Shown here one piece after another: positions 36,583-48,114 of a DNA stretch of 51,528 nucleotides. How positions within the stretch are numbered: the first letter of the stretch is position 1; each line of letters begins with the position of its first letter. Location: positions 1 to 51,528 of the forward strand of contig NW_014569511.1 in assembly GCF_000743755.1 (NCBI RefSeq), in the 5' to 3' direction. This stretch comes from Blastocystis sp. subtype 4 (Eukaryota). The notes below the pieces were generated by a model, which saw only the letters and a list, made by a program, of their open reading frames with translations, made no database searches and was not told the origin of the DNA. A program made the translations under genes and the position numbers.

Positions 36583-37806
36583 ATGTCGGAACGTCTGTCA
36601 ATTACTAAGAACGGAGCTAAGCTGAACGAGGCTATTAACAAGACTCTTGAGGAGATCAAGGCATCTGGAACCTTCAAGGAGGAGCGTGTGATTACTAGCA
36701 AGCAGGCTGCTGAGATCGCTGTCGAGGGTCGTGAGGAAAAGGTCCTTAACTTCTGCGCTAACAACTACCTTGGTCTTGCTAACAGCCCTGAGCTGATTCA
36801 GGCTGCTAAGGAGTCTCTGGATTCTCATGGATTCGGACTGGCTTCTGTCCGTTTCATCTGTGGAACCACTGATATCCATAAGCAGTTGGAGGCTCTGATT
36901 GCCAAGTTCCATGGAATGGAAGATTGCATTCTGTACTCTTCTTGCTTCGATGCTAATGGAGGTTTCTTCGAGGCTCTCTTCAACGCTGAGGATGCTGTGA
37001 TTTCGGATCAGCTGAATCATGCTTCGATTATTGATGGAATTCGTCTGTGCAAGGCTCAGCGTCATCGATACAACCACATGGATATGCAGCATCTGGAGAA
37101 GATTCTGCAGGAGACTCAGAACTGCCGTTACCGTTGCATTGTCACCGATGGTGTGTTCTCTATGGATGGAGATGTGGCTCCTCTGAAGGAGATTTGCGAT
37201 CTGGCTGATAAGTACAACGCTCTTGTCTGGATTGATGAGTCTCACTCCGCTGGTTTCTTCGGAAAGACCGGAAGAGGTACTCCTGAGTACTGCGGAGTTC
37301 AGGGAAGAATTGATTTCATCAACTCCACTATGGGTAAGGCCATGGGAGGTGCTTCTGGTGGTTACACTTGCGCTTCTAAGGAGGTGATCACTCTGCTGAG
37401 ACAGAAGTCTCGTCCTTATCTGTTCTCCAACACTCTGGCTCCTTCTCTGGTTGGTGCTGCCATCAAGACCTATTCCATGCTTATGGAGTCTGCTTCTCTG
37501 CCTGAGAAGGTGTTGGCCAACACCCATCTGTTCCGTGACAGAATGACTGCTGCCGGATTCAAGCTTACTGGAGCTTACGATCATCCTATTTGCCCTGTAA
37601 TGTTGGGAGATGCTGCCCTTGCTTGCAAGTTTGCTGACAAGATGCTGGAGAAGGGTATCTATGTTATTGGCTTTAGCTATCCTGTGGTGCCTCTTGGTCA
37701 GGCTCGTATTCGAACCCAGATGAGCGGTGCTCACACTCTGGAGCAGGTCAACCGCTGTGTTGATGCTTTCATTGAGGTCGGCAAGGAGCTCGGTGTGATT
37801 GCATAA
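36583..37806 (+). CDS. GCAT: 2-amino-3-ketobutyrate CoA ligase (glycine C-acetyltransferase), intronless
   Basis: [39 protein letters not shown] lysine in [18 protein letters not shown] motif, [12 protein letters not shown]. Confidence 0.97.
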   Translation: MSERLSITKNGAKLNEAINKTLEEIKASGTFKEERVITSKQAAEIAVEGREEKVLNFCANNYLGLANSPELIQAAKESLDSHGFGLASVRFICGTTDIHKQLEALIAKFHGMEDCILYSSCFDANGGFFEALFNAEDAVISDQLNHASIIDGIRLCKAQRHRYNHMDMQHLEKILQETQNCRYRCIVTDGVFSMDGDVAPLKEICDLADKYNALVWIDESHSAGFFGKTGRGTPEYCGVQGRIDFINSTMGKAMGGASGGYTCASKEVITLLRQKSRPYLFSNTLAPSLVGAAIKTYSMLMESASLPEKVLANTHLFRDRMTAAGFKLTGAYDHPICPVMLGDAALACKFADKMLEKGIYVIGFSYPVVPLGQARIRTQMSGAHTLEQVNRCVDAFIEVGKELGVIA

Positions 37807-37849
37807 GTGGTTAGTTTGTTGGATGTTTGTTCGAAGGAAGCATTTGATT

Positions 37850-38672
37850 TCAGGAAACAGTGGAACCTGCCCTATCTTGAATTCCATACTGATTATAGTT
37901 AACAATGCCTAGGGCTCGACACATGTCATCTCGATTCAACAAAACCGTTCCATTGTACGTCAATTCGCTTGTTTGGATCTTGGCTCGAATGGGAACATAA
38001 TCCACATCTGTGAACACGGAATTGAGAGGTGTAGATGTAGTTACATACGAAATTGGATGGATTGAAGTTGTAGGATCAATATTCACATTCATAGACGTTT
38101 CAAACGGAATTGGATTCTATTTTGTTACAATTCAAATATAATGTACTATCGGATTCTCTGGAAGAACAGTGTCTAGCTTGGGATTATCTGTTGGTGTTGG
38201 TAGCCTTCGCTTGTTCTCCGCTGAAATAGATACAGACACATCCAACGTCACATACTGATTCCTTCTTCGATTCATAATGGCCGTACAAAGAGAACAAAGC
38301 TGATTATCCGAATATGAGTTCAAAAATGGACTATCTTTGATAGGTCTCTTTTTGCTGGTTATCAGACGAACACGTTGAATGTCATAATATTTGTAGTCCT
38401 GACTCTCTTTGTCAGCATCATTAATTGCATCTTCAATCTTCATCTCAATCACTGTTTGCAAGAAATTCAGTGTCAATTCTGAATAACGGATTTCGAACGG
38501 ATATACAGATTTGGTATGTTTGTTGAGAGGACCATGATTCCCTCGACGAATATATAGCATGAATTTCTACGAATGAGTCATACTGAAAAACCCAAACGAT
38601 CATTGGATCTGGCTTCTCATTTGCTTGATTTATTTCCATCGATTCATCATTCTCGTTTGCATATCCCGACAT
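37850..38672 (-). CDS. Hypothetical protein (about 3 exons)
   Basis: ORFs 38445-38672, 38132-38560 and 37850-38092 appear to be joined by ~30-nt introns. May end at T 37864 (5 nt before TGTTTCCT). Confidence 0.6.
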
Positions 38673-38799
38673 TCGTTCAGCTATCTGAGATCAAATCGTT
38701 GATTACCAAGTGATAACTGTACTTGTAATCAAAATGGAGCGGATTTTGGGAATCCAGTTCTTGAATGCCATATAGCTTTGAGATAAAAACAAACAATCC

Positions 38800-40962
38800 A
38801 TTTATTCGTTTTCATAATCTCTATAACCACTCGTCGAGCTTCCTCACGTTGAGATACATCTTCATACAATTCATCCAGCAGCTCTCCAAATATATCACTT
38901 TCATGAGAAACTCCCATCTCTATCATCTTCTCTACTAGTACAATATATGGTTCCCAACGCACCAAACGCGCTATTTCGTGTCGCAGCAAGACTTTCACCT
39001 TGGCTTTGGTATAAATATCATGGAACTGCTCTTCAACCATTTCTTTCATTACTTCGTCTCGAGTATCCTCCTCCAAATCCAACAGTTTAATTGCCAGTTC
39101 CGTCACATCTAGAGACTCCACAATAACATGATTCCTAATGAAGTCCTTCAAACTTGTTGCTCGAGTTGTCTCTTTTCCTAATCCTTTCAACATATGTCGT
39201 AGATTCACTTTCTGAATGCCTCGTTCTACAGGGTCTGGGAATAATGCAACCAAGCGTCTGTGGGCCTCCTCGGACATTTCATCCAATCCATTCTCTTTTA
39301 AATCCTTTGCGAGCTTCTCCAATGAATCCTCCTCTTCCGCACTTTTCTCCCACTCAGACAGTTTCGTGATCAAGGATCGCACCTTATCGCGATACTCCTC
39401 ATTGATGATCATTAGCGAGAGATTCACCACAGAGCTGTCGATATCTGTACCACCATCCCGAATGAGGTTGTATAAGAAAGTTCCAACAGAGAAACCTTGC
39501 GAATTCAGAGTCAGTGATTGTGCAAAGTAACGCGCCTTTAACTCCCACACTTCTATCTCTTCTCTTGCTGCTTGTTCTTCCATTGTTCTGCGGTGTTTCG
39601 ATGGTAATGGAGAGGGAGATGTGTCTACATCCTCGTCTTTGAATTTCGTAAAGAACCAACTGATTTCGGCCTCCCAGTTGATTCCTTCTTTAATGCACCA
39701 AGTGTTGTAGATAAATTGGTAAACCTGATTAATCAACAATGGATGAGTTGTCAAAAACTTCTTGCTAATAGACTGTCTCTTTGCATTTCCCAACGTGGTC
39801 AAACAATCTAATATTGTGATGATGTCCCCAAAATACATAGCTTGGCAGAGCGTTTGGATCATCTCACTGGTAAGATCATGCATCCCATAACGACAAGCCA
39901 CAACCAATGGTAGCCTTTCACTAAAACGACGTTTAAAAGTAAGAATAAGAGCGACCTCAGGGTCAAAGGTCACACGACATATAGTTGAAGAGTTTCTCTG
40001 GATACCAACAAATCCCTCGGTTGATAGAGGAACCAATACCTCTGCAGCGAAATGAAGATCGCTTTGACACAAAATCAGTCCCTTCCGTATATCCCAGAGC
40101 TGTAACTCTCCCTTATGTGTGGTCAATATTCCGATACAACTCTTTCCATTCAAAACGAGATAATCAGCATAATCTCCTTTAAGATCATCATCCCAATCCA
40201 TTTCACAAGGATCCATATACTTCTCTTCTGTAGTTGCCAGATTGTCCGTTTTGAAGTAATATTTATCTTTTTCATCTTCTTCACGATAAAAATAACTCAC
40301 AAGAGGATCTTTGGAATAACAATTGTTGGCCATCACGAAATCCCCTGCTCTTCCTTCCATGAGACTCCAGTAATTGCCTCCAACACGTCCCAGCTGTATC
40401 TTTCCAATTTCGTCATTTATATAGTTAATAAGATACCATTCGCCATCAGCTGAAAGATGGAAGTCGATTACTTGTGTATATTCCAACGAATCGTCATATT
40501 CAACAAGAAATTCGGGTTCCTCTGGTGAATCAAGCTTCCACAACATAATTCCAAAACTTGAAGCAAGCCATATTGTTCGCTCATTTAACCATTTCATTCT
40601 CGCTACTGTTGTATCACTATCTAGTGTGGTACTTCGTTCGATTTCGCCTGTGGCTACACGTACCAATTCTAGGCGATGATTATCGATCAATGCCACATAA
40701 TTGCCATTGGCACTTAGTGCAAAGGCTGATCCAACTGCTGGAATGCGATTCACTTCCTTTGTAACTAGATTAACTACCACAAACTCACTGTCTCGAGAGG
40801 AAGGATTCTTTTTAAATGCAGCATATTTCTCAGATGCTATACAAACTGTATTCGCATTTAGATCTTGTTGTAAAGCTCCATAGTCAGTTAACTATTTCTT
40901 AGAGATAATATCAGAGGCCATACATCTACTAGAATATCAACTGTGAACGCCTCAAGACCCAT
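38800..40962 (-). CDS. Divergent, truncated clathrin heavy chain-like protein (propeller plus short helical region); stop probably completed by poly(A)
   Basis: Aligns by eye with the clathrin terminal domain: KWLNERTIWLAS..IMLWKL vs KWISLNTVALVT..VYHWSM; SLEYTQVIDFH..DGEWYLI vs SLAGCQIINYR..KQKWLLL; GKIQL..MEGRAGDF vs GAMQL..IEGHAASF. Ends ...MKTNK T|GGAT TGTTTGTT (38795-38788). Confidence 0.78.
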
Positions 40963-41346
40963 TAAAATAATAACTAACGAATAGAACTTAACTGAATAGA
41001 AATACAGAAAAAGACTGGACAATGACACCTCCTCTATTATGATTCCATTATCATAATAGTCCTCCCTTTTTCTATTGTCTGCTTTATTCTGTACGTTCTA
41101 TATCTTAGACAGACTCTATTCTCGTCACACATCAGATCTAACCTGTCTTTATGCATTCCAACATCGAATTAAACTATCAGAGTGATTTCACAGGAGAATA
41201 AGTGCTTGAATCCCTATTGTATCCAAAATTGAGTCATTTTTTGTCATCATTTCTCCAGTTTCTCTAATCCACAATTTCTTTGTCACAGGACGTATTTTAA
41301 AGGTGGGTTGTTTTTGGAGGTGATTTCTTGTCTTATATTGGTGTAG

Positions 41347-42973
41347 ATGTCTGCTTCTCTGGCTAGTCGTTGTGCTCGCAAGACCCTTCTTAGCAAGGTT
41401 ATGACCCCTTCTGAAGTCGCTCATAAGTTCTTCAAGGATGGAATGACAGTTGGTTGGTCTGGTTTCACTCCTGCTGGATACCCTAAGGTTGTCCCTATCG
41501 CTCTCGCTGATATGGTGGAGAAGGAAGGTGCTAAAATGCAGTTTGAGTTGTTTGCTGGTGCTTCTGTCGGTGCCGAGACCGAGGATCGTTGGGCTAAGCT
41601 GGGTATGATTTCTCGGTAGTTACTGTTCCATTTGTCTCATGAATAGTCGTTGGCCTTATCAGACTGGTAAGAACATTGCCAAGGGAATCAACACTGGAAA
41701 GATTGAGATGGGTGATATTCATCTGTCTGCATTTGCTCAGAATCTTTCTTGGGGATTCTTCACCAAGGATCATGCCACCAACCCTGGCAAGCTTGATATC
41801 GCCATTGTGGAAGCCACTGCCATTACTGAGGATGGTGGTCTTGTTCTGGGAACTGGAGTTGGTGTCACACCTGAGATTTTGGCTCTTGCTGAGAAGATCA
41901 TTATTGAGGTGAACACTTCACTGCCTGTACTCCGTGGCATTCATGATATTGTGGCTGATCCTCTTCCTCCTCATCGTCGTCCCTTCCTGATTAGTCGTGT
42001 GGATGATCGTATTGGAAGCGATCTTGCCTATTTCGATGAGACTAAGGTGGTGGCTGTGGTTGAGAGCAACCTCCCCGATAATGGACGTGGATTCTCTGCT
42101 GTTGATGAGGATAGCAAGAAGATTGCTGGTCACATCATGGACTTCTTTGAGAACGAGGTCAAGCATGGTCGTCTGCCTGCTCATCTTCTTCCTCTGCAGT
42201 CGGGTGTGGGCAATATTGCTAACGCTGTGATGGGAGGACTGGCTACCAGCAAGTTTGATCATCTTCAGGGTAAGTGAGATGCAAGAGAATGAAGTGTAGT
42301 ATGGTCGGAGGTGCTCCAGGATACTGTGCTGGACCTGTTCGATGCTGGAAAGCTGGACTACGCTTCAGCTGTGTCCCTCTCACTCTCTCCTGAGGGCTTC
42401 AAGCGTTTCTACAGTAAGTTGGACTTCTATAAGAACCGTTGTGTGATTCGTCCTGAGGCTATTGCCAACTTCTCCGAGATGGTGCGTCGTCTGGGAGTGA
42501 TTGCTATGAACACTCCTGTGGAGGTGGATATGTATGCCCATGCCAACTCCTCACTGATTGGAGGAACTAAGATGATTAACGGTTTGGGAGGTTCTGGTGA
42601 TTTCCTGCGTAATGCTTATCTCTCCATTATGCACACTCCTTCGGCTCGTAAGAGTAAGACGGATCCCACGGGTATTTCTTGCATTGTGCCCATGGCTGCT
42701 CATATCGATCACACGGAGCATGATCTGGATGTAATCGTTACCGAACAGGGTCTGGCTGATCTGCGTGGATTGTCTCCTCGTCAGCGTGCTCAGTGCATCA
42801 TCAAGAACTGTGCTCATCCTGACTACAAGGATCAGTTGATGGAGTATTACAAGATGGCTGAGAAGAAGTGCATTGCTGCCGGAGCTGGTCATGAGCCTCA
42901 GATTCTCTCTTTGGCTCATAAGATGCATGTTAATCTTGAGGAGAATGGTACAATGAAGCTGGATAAGTGGTAA
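41347..42973 (+). CDS. Acetate:succinate CoA-transferase / acetyl-CoA hydrolase (ACH1-like), 3 exons
   Basis: [32 protein letters not shown] catalytic Glu across the intron, [41 protein letters not shown]. Confidence 0.95.
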
Positions 42974-43134
42974 GTGTGAAACGCAATCAATTCGTTTGTT
43001 TGTTGATAATGAAATTGATTCTATTTGGAGTGACAAGGAATTGAACTATTCTGTGAATTCCCGTTTAGTGAAATCTCGAGTGAATCTCACCATCGATTGG
43101 TAATTCTCAAATCTTTGTAGAACTCTCCAAAACA

Positions 43135-43673
43135 ATGGTCAGTCTTCGTCTTCAAAAGAGACTTGCTGCTTCCGTCCTCAAGTGCGGAAAGCGCAGAGTG
43201 TGGATGGATCCTAGCGAGATCAATGAAATTGCTCTTGCCAACTCTCGTCAGAATGTCCGTAAGCTCATCAAGGACGGTCTGATTGTCCGCAAGCACCAGT
43301 TGATGCATTCTCGCTCTCGTGTGCATGTTCGTAAGGAGGCCAAGGCTCGTGGCAACCACACTGGTTATGGTAAGCGTCGTGGTACCATGAACGCTCGTAT
43401 CCCCGAGAAGCTCCTTTGGGTGCGTCGTATTCGTGTGCTGCGTAGACTTCTTCGCAAGTATCGTGAGGCTGGAAAGATCGATAAGCATATGTATGCTCAC
43501 TTCTATGCTCTTGCTAAGGGTAACCGTTACAAGACTAAGCGTGTGTTGATTGAGCAGATTCACAAGAAGAAGAGTGAGGATAAGAAGGAGAAGCAGTTGG
43601 CTGAGCAGGCTAACGCTCTTCTCAACCAGAAGAGAGCTGCTGTTGCTCTGATGGTGCTGTCGCCTCTCAATAA
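43135..43673 (+). CDS. RPL19: 60S ribosomal protein L19 (eL19); probable 1-nt frameshift near the C-terminus
   Basis: [26 protein letters not shown]...[14 protein letters not shown]. The ORF-track extension to 43833 looks spurious; a shifted frame ends DGAVASQ-TAA at 43673. Confidence 0.95.
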
Positions 43674-43719
43674 AGATGCCTTTCGTGGAGACAATCTACA
43701 TGGTTTTTGTGTGTTTAAT

Positions 43720-43988
43720 CTAAACAAGGGAGTACAGAACAGCTCGATACACACCAAGAGCAGCAAACAACAGACAAAGAGCCGCATCAAAACGACGGTC
43801 ACCCACTTTGGTCAAGGGTGCTTTCCGAAATAATGTATACGCATAGATACTGATACCAAAGCATGTTCCACTTCCCAAGATACGACATCTACAGTCTCAA
43901 CTCTTTTTCATGCAACAAACGGCAGACAGTCTTCTCCTGGTTTTCCTTTGCGTTTTGGAGGAACGAGAATACTCTTCGGAGAATCCAT
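43720..43988 (-). CDS. DMAC1/TMEM261-like (DUF4536) small membrane protein, about 78 aa, 2 exons
   Basis: Removing intron 43920-43889 gives [78 protein letters not shown], with a DCxxCRxxG motif and two TMs. Not in the ORF track. Confidence 0.8.
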
Positions 43989-44063
43989 CAAAAGACAATG
44001 ATCCAACAAACAGATAGATCGTTGAAATAGCAAGCTACTCCATTGGGCAATATTCATATCGCC

Positions 44064-46307
44064 TTATTCGTACGTATAATGTCTGTACATATGGTTCATT
44101 ATTCCTTGGCAGCCTTTTCCAATCTGCAGAAATCGGCTGCTCTTTAATGCTCCATAAACATAATCCACTCCCAAACGCACTGCATCTACCATTGTGTATC
44201 CCTTCGCCAGATGAGCGGCAATGGCTGACGAGAGGGTACATCCTGTACCATGAGCATTCTCTGTATAGATAGCAGGATGCTGGAATACATGATAAGAGTG
44301 ATCATCACTGCAATACAACACATCACTTGGCTGATTCTCTGTGTCTCCTATCATCTACTATTCAATCTCTCACAATTCGATTACATGGCCTCCCTTCACC
44401 AATACACACGAACAACCAAGAGTCGACAACTCAGCAGCCGCTTGTTTCATCGCCTCCACAGTACTTGCTACTGGATGCTTCAGTAACAGTGCTGCCTATT
44501 GCTCATATCTCAATTCTATACTCACCTCAGGGAGATTGGGTGTAATCAGGGTACAGAAAGGTACCAATTTCTCTCGAAGACACTCACAGATATCCTCCTT
44601 GGTCAGTTTGTCTCCACTACGTTCACACTTATATCTCCTACCTACCTACTGGCAGCCATCACTGGGTCCAATACAATATTTTGAAGGTGCTTCTGCTGCA
44701 GTGTATTGGAGATAATGCTGATCACCTCCTGTGTACCAGTCATTCCAATCTTCACTGCGCCAATCGCCATATCCTCACAAACAGCCTCCAACTGGCCTTC
44801 CACAGTGTCTGCTGGAACCATATCCACCTTCTTCACTCCCTGTGTGTTTTGAACAGTAACCGCGGTTATACAACTTGCTGTAAACACTCCAAATTCTGTG
44901 GCTGTTTTGATATCCGCTTGTTGACCTGCTCCTCCACACGAATCACTTCCAGAAATCAGTAATAACGTAGGAACTGCGGGAATATGCTGATTCGAATAAT
45001 AACGTCCTCCAATCACCGTCATTCCAATTTCCGTAAAGTGATTAACATAATAGATATGGTTGGAAGGTCTAGTAATCACATCACTTATGCATCAATACAA
45101 TGTGGTAGGAGTAAACTGGAACAGCCACATCAATCGATGAACTTCATAACCGCATCGCTCTAACAACGATATCTCCTCTGGATAGGGAGAAATGAGAACA
45201 GGAACATCATATGCCAAAACCGCTTTCAACTGGACCATTGTTCCATATCCCAAGCTAGCACAGTCCCCATGGATCGGCTTGACTGTTACAGACTGAACTT
45301 CACGTCCAGTGTTCTTACACATTTGTATCAACCGATCTGCGATGGCAGAGTCACACTCCTGAGTGGATGCGATACGAGTTGCGATGCGATCTACATTCAT
45401 TGAAGGATCCAACCTCAACTCTTGAAGGATTTTCTGATACGATTCCGATTGCTCCCAAGAGGTCTAGGAATCACTTGATCATCAGCCATACTCGACAACA
45501 GTTGCCAGTTCCAATCACACGAAGTGTCTTAGTCGTGAACAGATGAGGGACATGATCCTGCTGATCGAAGAACTCATACTCCAATCGCATGGCCTCACCA
45601 AAATATCTGTCCAAAGATTCTGGATTTGAAGGCTATGAGTGATCCAGTAACATTATTCAAACAGTAGGAAACGAGTTAATCATCTCGTACAACTGATTTG
45701 ATGCTCGCTAAGGGAAATGAAATCATTGTCACTTACCACTAATTCTTCACTTGCATATACACGAATCCAGTCACTGTAGGCATGATTGTGATTAGGAAAG
45801 ATGGTAGCAATCTCATGACCGATAAAATCATACAACTTGTTGCATGGGCAAACAGCAGCAATAATTTCCGAAAGACAACCTTCTGTATAGGCTTTGATTA
45901 CCAAATCCGTGTAATCGCGTGTTGCTTTCTTGGCCTTAAATTCTTCCACCGGTTCTCCAGATTCGCTTGTCTTCTTTACGTGTGAATCCAATTCACGTCG
46001 AATCACAACACAAATATCCTCACAAATCTGACGATGGAAGTCGTCACCATTCGCTTTACATTCCTCGATAACACGCAGATACGCTTTCTCATATATGCTA
46101 CAGATCATTCAACACTCGATATTTCACCTCAAATAGAATGTATCCTGTTGTAGATACTCTTGCCATGCAATTGTAGGTAACTTTCCAGTCGCAATACCAA
46201 CCACCCATGGATTATACCTACAGACAATGATTGTGATTATATGTGTCCTACAGGGAAGCATATCCATCAGAGAGATAGTTTTCCCACAATTGTTCCGCCT
46301 TTGACAT
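44064..46307 (-). CDS. Thiamine salvage fusion: TenA (thiaminase II) + degenerate HAD-like domain + ThiD (HMP/HMP-P kinase)
   Basis: TenA: YLQQDTFYL, AAVCPCNKLY, YSDWIRVY, AMRLEYEFF. ThiD: GSDSCGGAGQQADIKT, DPVM, TPNLPE, KGGH, HGTGCTLSSAIAA. Continuous frame through short introns. Confidence 0.88.
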
Positions 46308-46337
46308 TGGAAAAAGGAATGATTGAACAAACATCGT

Positions 46338-47483
46338 TTAATTCATCATTGATGAATAAGGCAAGTATTCTGCATCTGGAAAGAAACTTCTCACGTCATC
46401 AAAATACGAATGCTTAATAGCCTCTTCAGCTGTGATTCGGTCTCCAGGATACAATGTAAGCATTTTCTACATATCAGATCTTCATCAAAATCGTACAGAC
46501 AATAGATCGACGCCAACAGGATCTAAAGCGGGGACATGAACGCCAATGCTACGTTGGGGGAATTTTGGATACAAAGGACTATAATCCTCCAACTGGCTGA
46601 TACCCGGCCATGTTGACTCATCTGGAGTTCCTAGCTTTCTATGTCTGAAGGAGAGATAGAGGGAATACTGGAAGATGGAAAAGAGTGTGCTAATTTCACT
46701 ATCCTCAGGAAAGAGAGGGAATCGATTCACAAGTTGAGCAAAAACACATCCAAGAGACCAAATATCGATAGCTGGAGTATAATTAGTACAACCCATGAAA
46801 AGTTCAGGAGCTCGATACCACCAGGTTACAACCTATACTCAAACTGAATCTAATCAAGTACATCACGCGTATAGTGACGAAGAGGAAATGCATAACTACG
46901 TGCTAAACCGAAATCTGCAATCTTGACAACTCTTCTATTGTCAATGAGAATATTCTGTGGTTTGATATCACGATGGATGAAACGATTGAGGTGAAGGTAA
47001 TTCAACCCACACAAAAGCTGGTACATAATAGTCTTAATGGTTTCTCGAGGAATTCCATCTCGGAACTTTTCTGAATAGGTCTTTAGATCATAGTCCAAGT
47101 ACTCAAAGTATAATTTGACCTCACTATTGTCCATCACCACACTTTGTAATCTAACTATAATAATCACATCGAAACCATACTTAACAATATTGGGATGCTG
47201 CAATTCACGAAGAATCGATATCTCACGGATTAGGACAGGAGAGATTCCTTCATCGTCATTTGATATCGACATCACCTTTAATGCGAGAATTTCTTTAGTA
47301 TGACGATCTCGCACTTTGAATCTACAACCATCATATCGAATTCTTTTAACATACACTTTCCCATAGGTCCCGGATCCAATATTGGATACCTAGTAGTTGA
47401 TTCTACATACCATCTCAAACAATCTCATAGCGTTCAACAAACGCGGCAGCATTTATTCTGGATCCTGATGAATCTTGGTCCAT
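46338..47483 (-). CDS. Cyclin-dependent kinase, CDK1/2-like
   Basis: GSGTYGKV, ALK, EGISPVLIREIS (PSTAIRE position), HRDIKPQN, DFGLAR, WYRAPE, DIWSLGC. Ends TAA-ACGA-TGTTTGTT. Confidence 0.95.
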
Positions 47484-47545
47484 GACACACAGGAATGGGA
47501 AAAGAAATAGAGAATGATAATGACTGATCTTCAGAAACGCATTGA

Positions 47546-48102
47546 ATGAAAGGACTGTTTGCATTTTTTTGGGTCTTACTATTCCTATTTTCGATGGCAT
47601 TGGAGGCAGAAGACTTGACAGATGACCAGTGGTTGAAATCTACCGAGGACATTTCAATTCTTGCCGAAGTAATTGTTCAGCTAGTAATTCATGATAATAG
47701 GCTGCTCTGAAGGAAATGAAACGGAGTTCGTCAATTCACTTATATGATGACTTCCAAATTGTGAAGATTCTTGATTCCAAGAAGACAGTAGTTGTTCCGA
47801 TTCTTTCTAAGATGTAGATTGCTGGATACAGTCGTTCTCTATTGTTGAAGCTGAGTATTAGTAGCAAGTATTTCAAGAGTCAGAATGATGAAGAGCCACT
47901 TTCTTTCCTCGTTTTACGCCATAACCAGAATGGCAAGTATTCATTCGCTCTACCTTCGTATCCGGAAATGTTAGAATCGTTTATCTACAAACAAGAAGAA
48001 ATATGGGCAGAGAAACACCGTCAGGAACGAGACAGACACTTTGAGGAGTTGCAAGAGTTCATTTCGTCAAGTGCTTTTGAGAATCAAGATTATTTAGAGT
48101 AG
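47546..48102 (+). CDS. Hypothetical secreted protein (signal peptide, 3 exons)
   Basis: MKGLFAFFWVLLFLFSMALE...; introns of 32 and 30 nt join ORF 47842-48102 in frame. Confidence 0.75.
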
Positions 48103-48114
48103 TTAGATTACCCT

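Noticed and set aside
36598..37905. 435-aa antisense ORF over GCAT (also the antisense ORFs over the CoA-transferase and RPL19)
   Set aside because: Same shadow-ORF effect; Ser/Leu/His-rich translation with no motifs.
43674..43833. C-terminal extension of RPL19 in the ORF track
   Set aside because: Runs past the 3'-end motif and antisense over the DMAC1-like gene; better explained by an indel.
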